From a virus (Duplodnaviria; Caudoviricetes), in the IMG/VR virus record IMGVR_UViG_3300038530_003085, positions 1-64,000 of that record: a stretch of DNA of 64,000 bases; one strand, given 5' to 3'. Under the pieces are notes generated by a model. That model saw only the letters and a program-made list of their open reading frames with translations, searched no databases and was not told the origin of the DNA. Made by a program: the position numbers and the translations under genes. Shown here one piece after another: positions 1 to 9,556 of the stretch. Positions within the stretch are counted from its first letter, which is position 1. The number at the start of each line of letters is the position of its first letter.

Positions 1-507
1 AACTGCAAAATGTTTTTTAACTTCAAAAGGCAACTTTGAGATGTTTGCTTTTTTATTAGCAACGTATATGATATCTCTCTCAACAAATAAAGGAACCATT
101 TCCTCGATGAATCTTTTATAATTTGCATTTATCAACAAATTTGAAAATGTTAGATTTTTATGATCGCCACCGTGTTCTTTAATCATCCAATTAAAATTTT
201 CATCTCCAACGTGTGGGTCGGTACCAGTGCAAATACCTTTGAAGAAATTATTTTGATTGTGCAAGTAGCATTCTAATAATTTTTCTTTAAAGAAGCCATG
301 CTTTTCAGGTATAAATTCTTTCTGTTCTTCTTCAGTGTATATGTTAGGGCCTTTTATATCACCGGTAACATAGTGGTCGTTAGCCAAGATAACTGTCTTA
401 TTCTGTAAAATAAAAAGCTCACCATCAGAAAAACGAGTGAACGCAAAATTTTCTTTATTCTTAATTTTGTCAAGGAGGGTATCAAAAGCTGTTGTAAAGT
501 CTTTCAT
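1..507 (-). CDS. Partial (runs off left edge) GT-D-fold/DUF1792-like glycosyltransferase
   Basis: Hand translation MKDFTTAFDTLLDKIKNKENFAFTRFSDGELFIL...; RFxDGE motif; ATGA overlap with wecB stop; glycosylation-cluster context. Confidence 0.5.
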   Translation of the reverse strand, partial: MKDFTTAFDTLLDKIKNKENFAFTRFSDGELFILQNKTVILANDHYVTGDIKGPNIYTEEEQKEFIPEKHGFFKEKLLECYLHNQNNFFKGICTGTDPHVGDENFNWMIKEHGGDHKNLTFSNLLINANYKRFIEEMVPLFVERDIIYVANKKANISKLPFEVKKHFAV

Positions 508-1490
508 AATTCCTCTAGTAAAATATTGGTAATTCTCTCAGCACTATGACCATCACCATATGGACACGTGTCTTCGGGAATATAATCATCAATCATAGAA
601 TAAAAATCATTTTCTACCCTATCCGGCGAAGACATAAACGCAAATGTCCCCATTCCCTCAACTCTTTCTGTGGCCTCTCTACAAACAATACATTTTTTTG
701 CAAAAAATGATGACTCCTCTTGAAGACCACCACTATCTGTAATCACTAAACGAGCTTGTGATAGTAACTTAATAAACTCTGCATATTGCATTGGCTCAAC
801 AACTTTGACATGCTTTAACAAGTCTTTGTGCTTTTGAACATTTGGATTAGGGTGCAAAGGAATAATAAATTCATACTGTGGGTTTTCAAGTGCAAGTCTA
901 TCGAATGCTGCAAACCACTCTGGTATAATGTGATGGTTTTCTCTTCGGTGCATTGTAATGACAACTTTGTTTGTGTATTCAGGTTGTATATCTACCAAAT
1001 TATCCAGTACAGTGTTGCCGACCGTAAAAATCTTTCCATCGACCCTTTCTTTATTGAGGTTTTCAGTGCAAAGCTCTGTTGGTGACAAGTGAATATCTGC
1101 CATAACAGAGACAGCACGACGATTAAACTCTTCGGGGTATGGATGATCTTTATTGAATGTTCTTAATCCTGCTTCAAGATGAATAATTTTTATTCTTCGA
1201 TGAAATGCTGCTAGTGCTACAGCAAAAACTGATGTCGTATCACCTTGAACTAATACGGCATCCACACCTTCAAAAACTGCATCGTTATTCATCATAGAAG
1301 AAACAATTGAATCAAGCCTGTTTGAGCCATCTTCAATTGTTAGCTTGTGAATATCACCTTCTACATCAGATAATAAGTCAACGTGCTGCCCGGTGAAGAG
1401 CAGTTTAAATGGAATTTTACCAGTAAAAGCCTTAATGAGAGGCTTTATTTTAATAAACTCAGGACGAGTTCCAAAACTAATGAGTATCAT
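504..1490 (-). CDS. wecB: UDP-N-acetylglucosamine 2-epimerase (non-hydrolysing)
   Basis: GTRPEFIK, TGQH, VQGDT, HLEAGLRT, PEEFNR, GNTVLD, HRREN, TDSGGLQEE, PYGDG motifs. Confidence 0.95.
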   Translation of the reverse strand: MILISFGTRPEFIKIKPLIKAFTGKIPFKLLFTGQHVDLLSDVEGDIHKLTIEDGSNRLDSIVSSMMNNDAVFEGVDAVLVQGDTTSVFAVALAAFHRRIKIIHLEAGLRTFNKDHPYPEEFNRRAVSVMADIHLSPTELCTENLNKERVDGKIFTVGNTVLDNLVDIQPEYTNKVVITMHRRENHHIIPEWFAAFDRLALENPQYEFIIPLHPNPNVQKHKDLLKHVKVVEPMQYAEFIKLLSQARLVITDSGGLQEESSFFAKKCIVCREATERVEGMGTFAFMSSPDRVENDFYSMIDDYIPEDTCPYGDGHSAERITNILLEEL

Positions 1491-3100
1491 AATGTTATAT
1501 TATTAACTGTTTTCCAGCCTTTTTGTAGTCCTGTTTGCACACATTTATCTCGCTCAGAGAAAAATTGCTGATGTGAGACTGCTGAATTCGTTGAGGTGGC
1601 CTTACTATCTATACCTAATTCATTACCAAGTATTGAGCCGTGACAGTCAATGTCCTCCGGTGGATGCGGTGGACAATATGTCGGTATGCCACCGTGAATC
1701 TTAGCCATAAAGGCAAATTGAATATCTTCGCCATTGTCCCAAGTAACAGGCTTCTCTTGCCACAAATATCTTAACCACTCTCTCTTAAAAAACCAAGAAT
1801 GACCGACTAAATCAACTTCAGTAACTTGTGGATTTTGAGTTGGCCAACCACATCTATCATGTTGAATATATCTAGGACCATTTAAAATAATTCCAGCAGA
1901 ACCTAAAATACCCTCGTGTGTTTGCATAGTGCACAAACAATTTTCGTGCCATTTTTTACCCGGTACAGTATCATCGTCATAAATAGCAATGTACTCGGTG
2001 TCTGCCAACAAAGCACCAGCAAATCTACCATAGAACTTCCAATTAAAATCATTATGGAAAATCCTATCTACGCCAAGGGATTTAAAATCATAGCCGTGAT
2101 TATCTGGATGGTCGTTAACCCATAACCAAATCTGTTTTGGTGGTTTAGTTTGACTTCTCAAAGCGTCCACCTGCATTTTTAAGTTATATGGTCTTCTGTA
2201 GGCATTTAAAATCACAGTTATGTCAGATGTGCTTTCTTGTTCAAAAACAGAGTACATACCCTCTACAACATCATTAACAACCCTTTCTCGCTGCTCTCTA
2301 ACAAAATTAATTAAATCTTGCCCTTTATACTTTGCAAACCAATCCTCAGAGAAACAACCGTTTAATTTAGTAGATGATATTTTACAACCAAGCATTCTTG
2401 CTTCGATGATAACTCTATTGAAAGTTTCTAAGACAATGGGGATATACACATATTTTTCGTGCTCTGATAATTGCTTTATAAACTCAGCGTAAGATGTAGA
2501 GCCTATAAGTGTGTATTCTAAATTGTTGTTTTGACAATATGCAACTGTTCCACTAGTATTTTTGGTTTGATTAGAGCTATTAATTACTGAACAATCATTT
2601 TGCTTCTTATTATTGCTATTTTGTTCTATGATTTGAAGTTGCTCATCGCTCCATAAACTCATTCCAAGATTGACAACATTAGTAATTTTTAAGTTTTTTT
2701 CAATTACCTGTTTATGTATCATAGATTGAGCAAATATTTTATTTGCATTAACATAAAATGGTCTGTTAATAATATGATTAGCAGGTGCTACAAAATCATC
2801 ATATATAGATGGGTTTCTATGTTTTAGATATTTATGATCATGCTCAATGATAGAGTAACTTCTAGGATGCTTTATTAACTCCCGCATAGCATCTAAATTA
2901 AGCATAACAAAATTAGAGATTAGAAACTTAAATCCAGATTTATAATATAATCTTATATGCTTGTCGGTTACTTCTTTTGATTGTAGTTTGATAATTTTAA
3001 CATTTTTTGATGCTTCATTAATTAAAATTGAATCATTAATTTCTGCACCACCAGCGATATGTTCTACAAAGAAGTCGCTAATGTAAACTATCTTTTTCAT
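1487..3100 (-). CDS. Two-domain glycosyltransferase (GT-B-like N-half plus GT-A/GT2-like C-half)
   Basis: GGAE and ETFNRVIIEARMLG in N-half; ITVILNAYRRP and IYDDD (DxD) in C-half. Confidence 0.7.
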   Translation of the reverse strand: MKKIVYISDFFVEHIAGGAEINDSILINEASKNVKIIKLQSKEVTDKHIRLYYKSGFKFLISNFVMLNLDAMRELIKHPRSYSIIEHDHKYLKHRNPSIYDDFVAPANHIINRPFYVNANKIFAQSMIHKQVIEKNLKITNVVNLGMSLWSDEQLQIIEQNSNNKKQNDCSVINSSNQTKNTSGTVAYCQNNNLEYTLIGSTSYAEFIKQLSEHEKYVYIPIVLETFNRVIIEARMLGCKISSTKLNGCFSEDWFAKYKGQDLINFVREQRERVVNDVVEGMYSVFEQESTSDITVILNAYRRPYNLKMQVDALRSQTKPPKQIWLWVNDHPDNHGYDFKSLGVDRIFHNDFNWKFYGRFAGALLADTEYIAIYDDDTVPGKKWHENCLCTMQTHEGILGSAGIILNGPRYIQHDRCGWPTQNPQVTEVDLVGHSWFFKREWLRYLWQEKPVTWDNGEDIQFAFMAKIHGGIPTYCPPHPPEDIDCHGSILGNELGIDSKATSTNSAVSHQQFFSERDKCVQTGLQKGWKTVNNITL

Positions 3101-4332
3101 TCAAATTCCACAATATCTGATGAATCTGGTTGCTTTGGTTGAGGAATATTCATTGCCTGTACAAATTGAGCGTACATATTTTTATTTGAAAATCTTTCTT
3201 TAAGCTCTAGTGCGTAATTACAAGAATCATCTACACCATTAGTGATATCGTTATAGCATTCACGCATTTTATTTTTTGCTGAAGCTTCTCGTGGAAAGGC
3301 CCACATTGAACCCTTAACTATAACTCCTTCCCATTCAACTTGCTCAGGCACTGGCATAAGATCAAATGATACATCATAAAATCTATTTTCTCCCTTTTCG
3401 TCAACAAGAAAATCTAAGTGACCAGACCATCCTGTAGCTACAACAGGTACCCCTGTATAAGCAGCTTCAAAAAGCGGTAATCCAAAACCCTCACCGTGAG
3501 TAAATGATACCAAAGATTTTACTTTTGGGTGTAAATAAATTTCGTGCATTTCTTGGTCAGTTAGATCTCCGTGTAGCAAATACAATTTACACTTTCTATC
3601 TGCATATTGTTCTTGTCTTACAATTGATAATAATTTGCCGTGCACAATTTCTCTATCAATTTGACAGTTTTTTGCAATATTAGTTTTAATGACAAGACCC
3701 ACTTCATCGTCTTTAAATTCGTCCAAGAACCATTGAATTGTGTTATCTAAATTCTTTCGAGGGCCCATTTGTGCTATAGTCACAAAATTAAAGTCATAAT
3801 CTAAATCAAATTCTAACGCTGTTAAGTTATCATATTGTTTAACCGGATAGTTTACAGATTCAATTGGAGTTTCTAATTGCAATTCAACTCGTTCATTAGT
3901 TTGATTGTGCACCGCTTCGTAAACTGTATCAGCAAAAACATCTTTTGCATGATTTGAAACAACAATAATACTATCCATTTCGTTAGCTTTTAGAATCCAC
4001 TCGTGAGATACCTTTGTAGTTTCAATCCCTGCTGTAAAACCAACATTGTATGGTGCAATTTTTTCCCATTCATTAGGAATTGTAACTTGTAAGGAAACAT
4101 CAAATGTTCCACCAGCTTCAATGTATTCAATAGTCTTTTGAACTGTAGCATCAATCCACCGCCGCTCGTCGTCATCTTCTGATACCCAAGACGTGCGCCC
4201 CCACTCAAGTGGGTGGACGTAAATATCAAACATATCCTCTCTAGAACGAAGTGATCGAAGTGCAAATCTTGACTGTTCACCATATCCAGAGCGAGTTAAT
4301 ACTGGTGCTCGAAGTAAAATTCTTTTTTTCAT
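3097..4332 (-). CDS. Glycosyltransferase family 4 (GT-B)
   Basis: SGYG, RKN, HGEGFGLPLFEA, PVVATGWSGH. Confidence 0.85.
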   Translation of the reverse strand: MKKRILLRAPVLTRSGYGEQSRFALRSLRSREDMFDIYVHPLEWGRTSWVSEDDDERRWIDATVQKTIEYIEAGGTFDVSLQVTIPNEWEKIAPYNVGFTAGIETTKVSHEWILKANEMDSIIVVSNHAKDVFADTVYEAVHNQTNERVELQLETPIESVNYPVKQYDNLTALEFDLDYDFNFVTIAQMGPRKNLDNTIQWFLDEFKDDEVGLVIKTNIAKNCQIDREIVHGKLLSIVRQEQYADRKCKLYLLHGDLTDQEMHEIYLHPKVKSLVSFTHGEGFGLPLFEAAYTGVPVVATGWSGHLDFLVDEKGENRFYDVSFDLMPVPEQVEWEGVIVKGSMWAFPREASAKNKMRECYNDITNGVDDSCNYALELKERFSNKNMYAQFVQAMNIPQPKQPDSSDIVEFE

Positions 4333-5615
4333 TATGCCACCTCCATAAAATGCCAGCGTCTATGATTGGTTCTATTCTCCCAAGAACCGTGTTTTTCTAC
4401 AATTTCGTCCATTAATTTAACCCATTTATTTTCAAAGTCTTCAAAATTATAATTATTTTTAATGTGTTGCAACCCAGCTTGCGACATTTTTTCATATTTT
4501 GGCTTGCTCAGCTTAATTGCTTTCTTCATCACAGAAGTAAAGTCTTTTTGTGAGATTCTATCTTCATAAATGTAAGGTACTTGAAGAGAACCAATTACTG
4601 CTTTAGATGCGGGTTCTATACCCCACCCAAACCAATCTTTACCGTCCGTAACTTGTTCTTGTAATCCTCCTGTCATATTAACAATAATTGGAGTGCCACA
4701 AGTCAAAGATTCAAGGGTTGAAAGACCAAAACCCTCAGCATCACTGATACCTATTGTATAATCTGCGGCCCTATACATATTAGCAAGTTCAGCAGGGGTT
4801 ACTTTATTGGTTGATAAAAGAACTTGCGCATCCGTCAAACCTAATCTATCAATAATCATAGGTAGATCTTGGCCGTGAGGATCGCGAGCATCAGTATGCA
4901 TCAACAAGACTGCTTTATCATGGCCAACTTCATCTAAAAACTCTTTAAACCACCAAATTAGTGTTCCACTTTGCTTACGTCTAGCATTGCGACTGTTCCA
5001 AAAGAATATTTTCTTGTTCGGATTGTTATAATTTACAGAGCTATTAATTACTCTGTCCCTCAACATCTTAATAGCGTTTTTTTCTTCAGTGGTCTCAGCA
5101 GGATGGAATAAAGTGCCAGGCACAGAGTGAGGCAAATAATGTGTTGAGCCATCTGGCACTACCTCAGTCACACAGCCATATGTAACTTTTGAAATTGCAA
5201 CGATTTCATCTGTTGAGCGATACCATTTACCATTAAACTCAGGTGCTGGGTAATTATCCCACACGTGGTAATATACCATTGGCATATTTGCGCGTACTTC
5301 GTTTTCAATTTCCCATAACCATTCATAAAATCTTGGGTCTGTCATAAACCACAAAACATCAGGCTTTTCTTGTTGTATAACAGAGCGGACAATTTCTGCA
5401 GTTCCATAGCCGTCGATGGGTACAATCCTGTAATCTTCTCCCCAAGGATCAATCATAACAGGCTCGTAACTTTGATGCCTCATAGCACCACCAAGACAGA
5501 TAAACTGATATCTACCAGTCTTCAATAGCGCGGTGATAAAATAGTTTGTTTGTGTTCCAACACCAGATGGTGAAAGCGGATGATCCGCCAACACTAAAAT
5601 TTTTGTTTTTTTCAT
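4332..5615 (-). CDS. Glycosyltransferase family 4 (GT-B)
   Basis: SGVG, RNARRK, AEGFGLSTLESLTCGTPII, GGLQE. Confidence 0.85.
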   Translation of the reverse strand: MKKTKILVLADHPLSPSGVGTQTNYFITALLKTGRYQFICLGGAMRHQSYEPVMIDPWGEDYRIVPIDGYGTAEIVRSVIQQEKPDVLWFMTDPRFYEWLWEIENEVRANMPMVYYHVWDNYPAPEFNGKWYRSTDEIVAISKVTYGCVTEVVPDGSTHYLPHSVPGTLFHPAETTEEKNAIKMLRDRVINSSVNYNNPNKKIFFWNSRNARRKQSGTLIWWFKEFLDEVGHDKAVLLMHTDARDPHGQDLPMIIDRLGLTDAQVLLSTNKVTPAELANMYRAADYTIGISDAEGFGLSTLESLTCGTPIIVNMTGGLQEQVTDGKDWFGWGIEPASKAVIGSLQVPYIYEDRISQKDFTSVMKKAIKLSKPKYEKMSQAGLQHIKNNYNFEDFENKWVKLMDEIVEKHGSWENRTNHRRWHFMEVA

Positions 5616-5622
5616 TTATTCC

Positions 5623-6384
5623 TCATTGACAGTGTTCTGTCTTATAAAATTTACAACCGTAACCAGCGGTGCAAGAAAGACGGTTCTTAATATATCTTTC
5701 ATTTTTGATATTGTATAATGCTGTGTTTAAAAGTTTAAGAGCATTTTCTGTTTTTCTCGGACCGCTTGTAACTCTAAAAAATTCAACATTATTCTGTTTT
5801 GCAGTTCTTTTAAGCAATGCAAAGTGAGTTTCTACATTCTTTGGGTCAACATTCATTTTTTGACAAAAGAAATGTTTATACAGTGTAAGTTGATATGTCA
5901 CCATTTTATCAGAGCGTCGTTTAGCATCCCAACCCCAAGAACAAGTCTTCCAATCAAAAATGTGAACTTTACCATCAGGAGTTGCCACTACTGCATCAAT
6001 AAAACCTTTAAACTTACACTCTTCACCTTCAATATTCTCGTAAAGAGGCATTTCAACTGCAAGGACTTCATACTCTTCAAAGTAATCGTTAAGTGCATTA
6101 TCAATCTCAGGAATAATATTATTTCCTTGCTTCATCATTTGGTGAACTGTTTTATCATCTACTGGCTCATCAAGTTCAGAAATGTTTTTCTTTAATTCTT
6201 GAACAAAATAATCTTCAGAAAATTCTTCATTAAGAAGTTTTTTCTCACAGACAGAGTGAATAGCTGAACCAAAAGCAGTATACTGATTACCAGTAAAACC
6301 GTCGATACCATCAATACGTGTTAGTTTATGATAGAAAGGACAATGGGCCCAATCTTTAAGTTCAGAATAAGAAATGTGAGACAT
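5623..6384 (-). CDS. PD-(D/E)XK exonuclease, Cas4/RecB-like
   Basis: ISYS..CP, FGSAIH, GFID..IFDWKT, QLTLY, C-terminal Cys cluster (Fe-S staple pattern). Confidence 0.85.
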   Translation of the reverse strand: MSHISYSELKDWAHCPFYHKLTRIDGIDGFTGNQYTAFGSAIHSVCEKKLLNEEFSEDYFVQELKKNISELDEPVDDKTVHQMMKQGNNIIPEIDNALNDYFEEYEVLAVEMPLYENIEGEECKFKGFIDAVVATPDGKVHIFDWKTCSWGWDAKRRSDKMVTYQLTLYKHFFCQKMNVDPKNVETHFALLKRTAKQNNVEFFRVTSGPRKTENALKLLNTALYNIKNERYIKNRLSCTAGYGCKFYKTEHCQ

Positions 6385-6406
6385 AATTTTCCTAGTTTTA
6401 TGATAT

Positions 6407-6434
6407 ATTATAACAACCTAAAATCATATGTCAA
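6407..6434 (-). promoter_or_regulatory. sigma70-type promoter TTGACA-N16-TATAAT
   Basis: Consensus hexamers upstream of the nuclease/glycosyltransferase operon. Confidence 0.65.
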
Positions 6435-7134
6435 GTTGTTCCTCATATAAAACAGAAATAATTTTATCATATACGGCTGGACTGATCTTCTTTAAAAAGT
6501 TGTGATTTGGATTTACGAAGAAATCTGCAAACGCTGTTGCAAAATATTCTCTCAAGGATGTGGCAGCATATGAGCTAATAAAAATACCGGCCGCGTAGCT
6601 ATTCAATTTGTCATAACCAATTTTTTTGTATAGCACATCATCAAATTCCTGATTGAATTCAGTATCAATAAAAAAGGTGATTGGCATTTTATATCCTTCT
6701 TCCCATAGTATGTCGTGCAGATATCTTCTTTTTCTGATAAATTCATCTCGCACTTTACCATCATCGTATATTTCATAACCATATGTAGATTCAACGGCGT
6801 GTGCTATCTCATGAACTATATCTTCAAATACATCCTCTTCGTCTGATTGAATATTTGATATGTATATTGTTCCTGAGTCATAGAAGGCTCGAATAGACCT
6901 TTCTTCAAATTCGTTAAACCAGCCAAATATTATCATCTCAATTTCACTTAATATGTGTTGTGGAACTCTCTCCTCAATTTTATTAATTACTTTTGAGACA
7001 TTAATATTGTCAATTGCATCCTTTATATAAACATGAATGCCAGATGACGTATAGAAATTATTCTGTAAGGATTCTATTTCACTTTGTTTTTGTTGAATGT
7101 AATTCTTCATTATCAGTGAATCCATTGATAGCAT
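6424..7134 (-). CDS. Zincin-like metallopeptidase-fold protein
   Basis: HEIAH plus downstream REYFA motif. Confidence 0.5.
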   Translation of the reverse strand: MLSMDSLIMKNYIQQKQSEIESLQNNFYTSSGIHVYIKDAIDNINVSKVINKIEERVPQHILSEIEMIIFGWFNEFEERSIRAFYDSGTIYISNIQSDEEDVFEDIVHEIAHAVESTYGYEIYDDGKVRDEFIRKRRYLHDILWEEGYKMPITFFIDTEFNQEFDDVLYKKIGYDKLNSYAAGIFISSYAATSLREYFATAFADFFVNPNHNFLKKISPAVYDKIISVLYEEQLDI

Positions 7135-7387
7135 CGTTTAAACCAAGCTGGTAACCACGGAGGAAGTTCTCCTCTGCCATAGCATACATAAAATCAGGGA
7201 ACTCCGTAGCTAAAATTTCTGCAACCATATTTACGGTCACCTCTTCTTTATCAAACTTTGTCCCAACATAGTCAACAAGATAATTTTTTAATTCCGAATC
7301 TTTCTCGACAACCATCGCTAAAACCGGATTTTGGTGAGCTTGTTCTTCTGTGATAGCTGATAATGTTGCTTTTTTGTCATTACTCAT
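7079..7387 (-). CDS. Hypothetical protein
   Basis: AGGAG SD; upstream promoter TTGTAA-N17-TATAAT (7407-7435). Confidence 0.65.
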   Translation of the reverse strand: MSNDKKATLSAITEEQAHQNPVLAMVVEKDSELKNYLVDYVGTKFDKEEVTVNMVAEILATEFPDFMYAMAEENFLRGYQLGLNDAINGFTDNEELHSTKTK

Positions 7388-7429
7388 AGTTGTATCTCCT
7401 TTTACTATTATAACAGATTAAGTAATATT

Positions 7430-8767
7430 TTACAATACTTTTGATGCGAGAGTAGCAAGCTCAGAACGTTCACCCTTCCTAAAGGTAACGTGACCAGCGA
7501 TATGGTACTCTTTAAATTTTTCGATAGCGTGAGCTAATCCATTAGATGTTTCGTTAACATATACATTATCAATCTGTTCAATATCACCGGTGAGAATAAT
7601 TTTGGTACCCTCACCAATTCGTGTAATTATTGTCTTAACTTCGTGTTTTGTTAAGTTTTGTGCCTCGTCAATAATAATAAAAGCATTCGCGATTGAACGA
7701 CCTCTTATATATGTTAATGCTTCTAATTCAATCTTACCTTTTTCCATATACATTTCAAGTGATGTTCTATCACCCATTAAAAATTTAAGATTGTCTTGAA
7801 TTGGCATTAACCACGGAAGCATTTTTTCTTCCATTGTGCCGGGCAAAAAACCGATATCTTTACCTAATGGCTGTACTGGTCGCGATACTATCATTCGGTC
7901 ATAGTGGTTGTTCTCGCCTCTTAAGCCTATGGTTTGCTGTAACCCTGCAGCGATTGCCATCAGAGTCTTTCCTGAGCCAGCACGGCCAATTAAAGACACA
8001 ATTTTAATATCAGGGTTCAAAAGTAAATCAATGGCAAATGCTTGTTCTTTATTTCTGGCATTGATATTCCAATCGTGAATATCTTTATGAATAACTTGCT
8101 GAAGTGGCTCAAATGAATTCTTATATCTTGCGAGGGCAGATTTTTTTTCATTCGCATTTGAGACTAACATTACATACTGATTAGGGTACCAAGGCTGTTC
8201 AAATTCTTCTTCATCAATTATTACATCTTCACCAGCGTAATACTGATCAATTATTTGATCATCAACTGAATGAATAACAAAACCATTGTAAAGCTCCTCA
8301 GATGACATAACAGCTTTTTCAGAAATAAAATCTTCTGCTGGGATTCCAATTGAATCACAGATAACTCTCATATTAATATCTCTGCTGACCATAGTTGTTT
8401 TTCGACTTAAGTCAGACATTTGAATAGTTTTCGCGGTTGCTATAATTGTATGGTCTGGCAATCTCATATCTAAATCAGGTGGAAATACAATATCATTCAA
8501 GCTTGAATATGATACTACCTTTATCATACCCATACCTTTAGCAATACGTACACCATTCTCAAGAGAACCTTTTGCTCTTAGTTCATCTAAGTGTCGAATG
8601 AAATGTCTGGCATTTTGACCAACAGAATCTTGTCTTTTTTTATGATTATCAACCTCTTCTAAAACTTTCAGTGGGATGAATATATCATGATTATCAAATT
8701 TATGTATTGCATTAGCATCAGTTAAATATACACTGGTATCTAACACGTAGTTTTTCTTTCTTGACAT
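7430..8767 (-). CDS. phoH: PIN-PhoH (PhoH2-type) ATPase/RNase
   Basis: N-terminal PIN (VLDTSV, EEVD, PDHTI, SRDINMR); GRAGSGKT, GFLPG, YIRGRS, DEAQN, GDIEQID. Confidence 0.92.
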   Translation of the reverse strand: MSRKKNYVLDTSVYLTDANAIHKFDNHDIFIPLKVLEEVDNHKKRQDSVGQNARHFIRHLDELRAKGSLENGVRIAKGMGMIKVVSYSSLNDIVFPPDLDMRLPDHTIIATAKTIQMSDLSRKTTMVSRDINMRVICDSIGIPAEDFISEKAVMSSEELYNGFVIHSVDDQIIDQYYAGEDVIIDEEEFEQPWYPNQYVMLVSNANEKKSALARYKNSFEPLQQVIHKDIHDWNINARNKEQAFAIDLLLNPDIKIVSLIGRAGSGKTLMAIAAGLQQTIGLRGENNHYDRMIVSRPVQPLGKDIGFLPGTMEEKMLPWLMPIQDNLKFLMGDRTSLEMYMEKGKIELEALTYIRGRSIANAFIIIDEAQNLTKHEVKTIITRIGEGTKIILTGDIEQIDNVYVNETSNGLAHAIEKFKEYHIAGHVTFRKGERSELATLASKVL

Positions 8768-8799
8768 ATTTGCCTTTTATACAGTATATAGTGTCCGCA

Positions 8800-9054
8800 C
8801 TAACATTTCCTAATAATTTGCCAATCAAAAACCCACACTTTAGGTCTTTCATTCTTGTTGTAGGGCACACCCCTTTTACGTAATTTTTGTACTTCAGTTA
8901 AGTTAATAATTTGAGCATACCACCCATTAACACCAATATTATTTTTTGCTCCATCAATATTATAACGGCTTTTTAGAACAACTTTAATATCAGGACCCGC
9001 AAATGATTTAACTAAAACTCTGTCATTCTTGGTATATCTTTTCTTCAACTTCAT
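8800..9054 (-). CDS. Small basic hypothetical protein (SH3/KOW-like)
   Basis: ORF with YTKNDRVLV start motif. Confidence 0.5.
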   Translation of the reverse strand: MKLKKRYTKNDRVLVKSFAGPDIKVVLKSRYNIDGAKNNIGVNGWYAQIINLTEVQKLRKRGVPYNKNERPKVWVFDWQIIRKC

Positions 9055-9197
9055 TTATTTTTTCAATTGTTTTTATTGTTGAATCTGGAATAGCCAACAT
9101 TTTCAAGCAAAAAAAGGCTGCTAAAAACATACTCATAGCCAATATTGCTAATTCTGCTACAGTTTCCATATTAATAACTATAGCTGAAAAATAAAAA

Positions 9198-9273
9198 TGG
9201 TGCCCACAGAGGGACTTGAACCCCCAACCTACGGTTTACAAAACCGTTGCTCTACCAATTGAGCTATGTGGGC
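9198..9273 (-). tRNA. tRNA-Thr(UGU)
   Basis: Full cloverleaf; anticodon arm ACGGT-TTTGTAA-ACCGT; T-loop TTCAAGT; encoded CCA. Confidence 0.95.
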
Positions 9274-9281
9274 AGATTAAA

Positions 9282-9358
9282 TGGCTGGGGCGGCTGGACT
9301 CGAACCAACAACGGCCGGGGTAACAACCCGGTGCACCTGCCTGTGGCGCTTCACCCCA
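9282..9358 (-). tRNA. Atypical tRNA-Asn(GUU) (A8, C14, G21; Gln-like acceptor stem)
   Basis: TGGGGTG/CGCCCCA-GCCA acceptor, CCGGG-TTGTTAC-CCCGG anticodon arm, GTTGG-TTCGAGT-CCAGC T arm. Confidence 0.8.
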
Positions 9359-9360
9359 AG

Positions 9361-9466
9361 AGAACCGGTTTTTTGTCTAGAACTAGGATAACCGGAAACC
9401 TCTGCCTGCGTTTGGGTCGGCAGCCCCCTCCTGCTTACAAAGCGAGCAGAACAGCGCAGAAGGTTA
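9361..9466 (-). ncRNA. Candidate structured RNA upstream of atypical tRNA
   Basis: GC-rich; pairings TCTGCT/AGCAGG, CTGCC/GGCAG, CCGGTT/AACCGG enclosing CTAG-TT-CTAG. Confidence 0.4.
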
Positions 9467-9526
9467 TTTGCAGCAGCATTCACACTGACAAGGTGCTACA
9501 CAGCCACAGCATTCACATTTTTCCAT
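9464..9526 (-). CDS. 20-aa Cys-rich metallothionein-like peptide MEKCECCGCVAPCQCECCCK
   Basis: Hand-translated; GGGAGG SD upstream; 9 of 20 residues Cys. Confidence 0.6.
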   Translation of the reverse strand: MEKCECCGCVAPCQCECCCK

Positions 9527-9556
9527 AATATAGTCCTCCCAGTATAAGTAGACAAA

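Noticed and set aside
5623-6384. CRISPR-Cas system suggested by the Cas4-like gene
   Set aside because: No repeat-spacer array or other cas genes seen; solo Cas4-like nucleases are common in phages
9247-9528. ORFs 9247-9528(+) and 9277-9483(-)
   Set aside because: They overlap tRNA genes and the Cys peptide, which explain the sequence better
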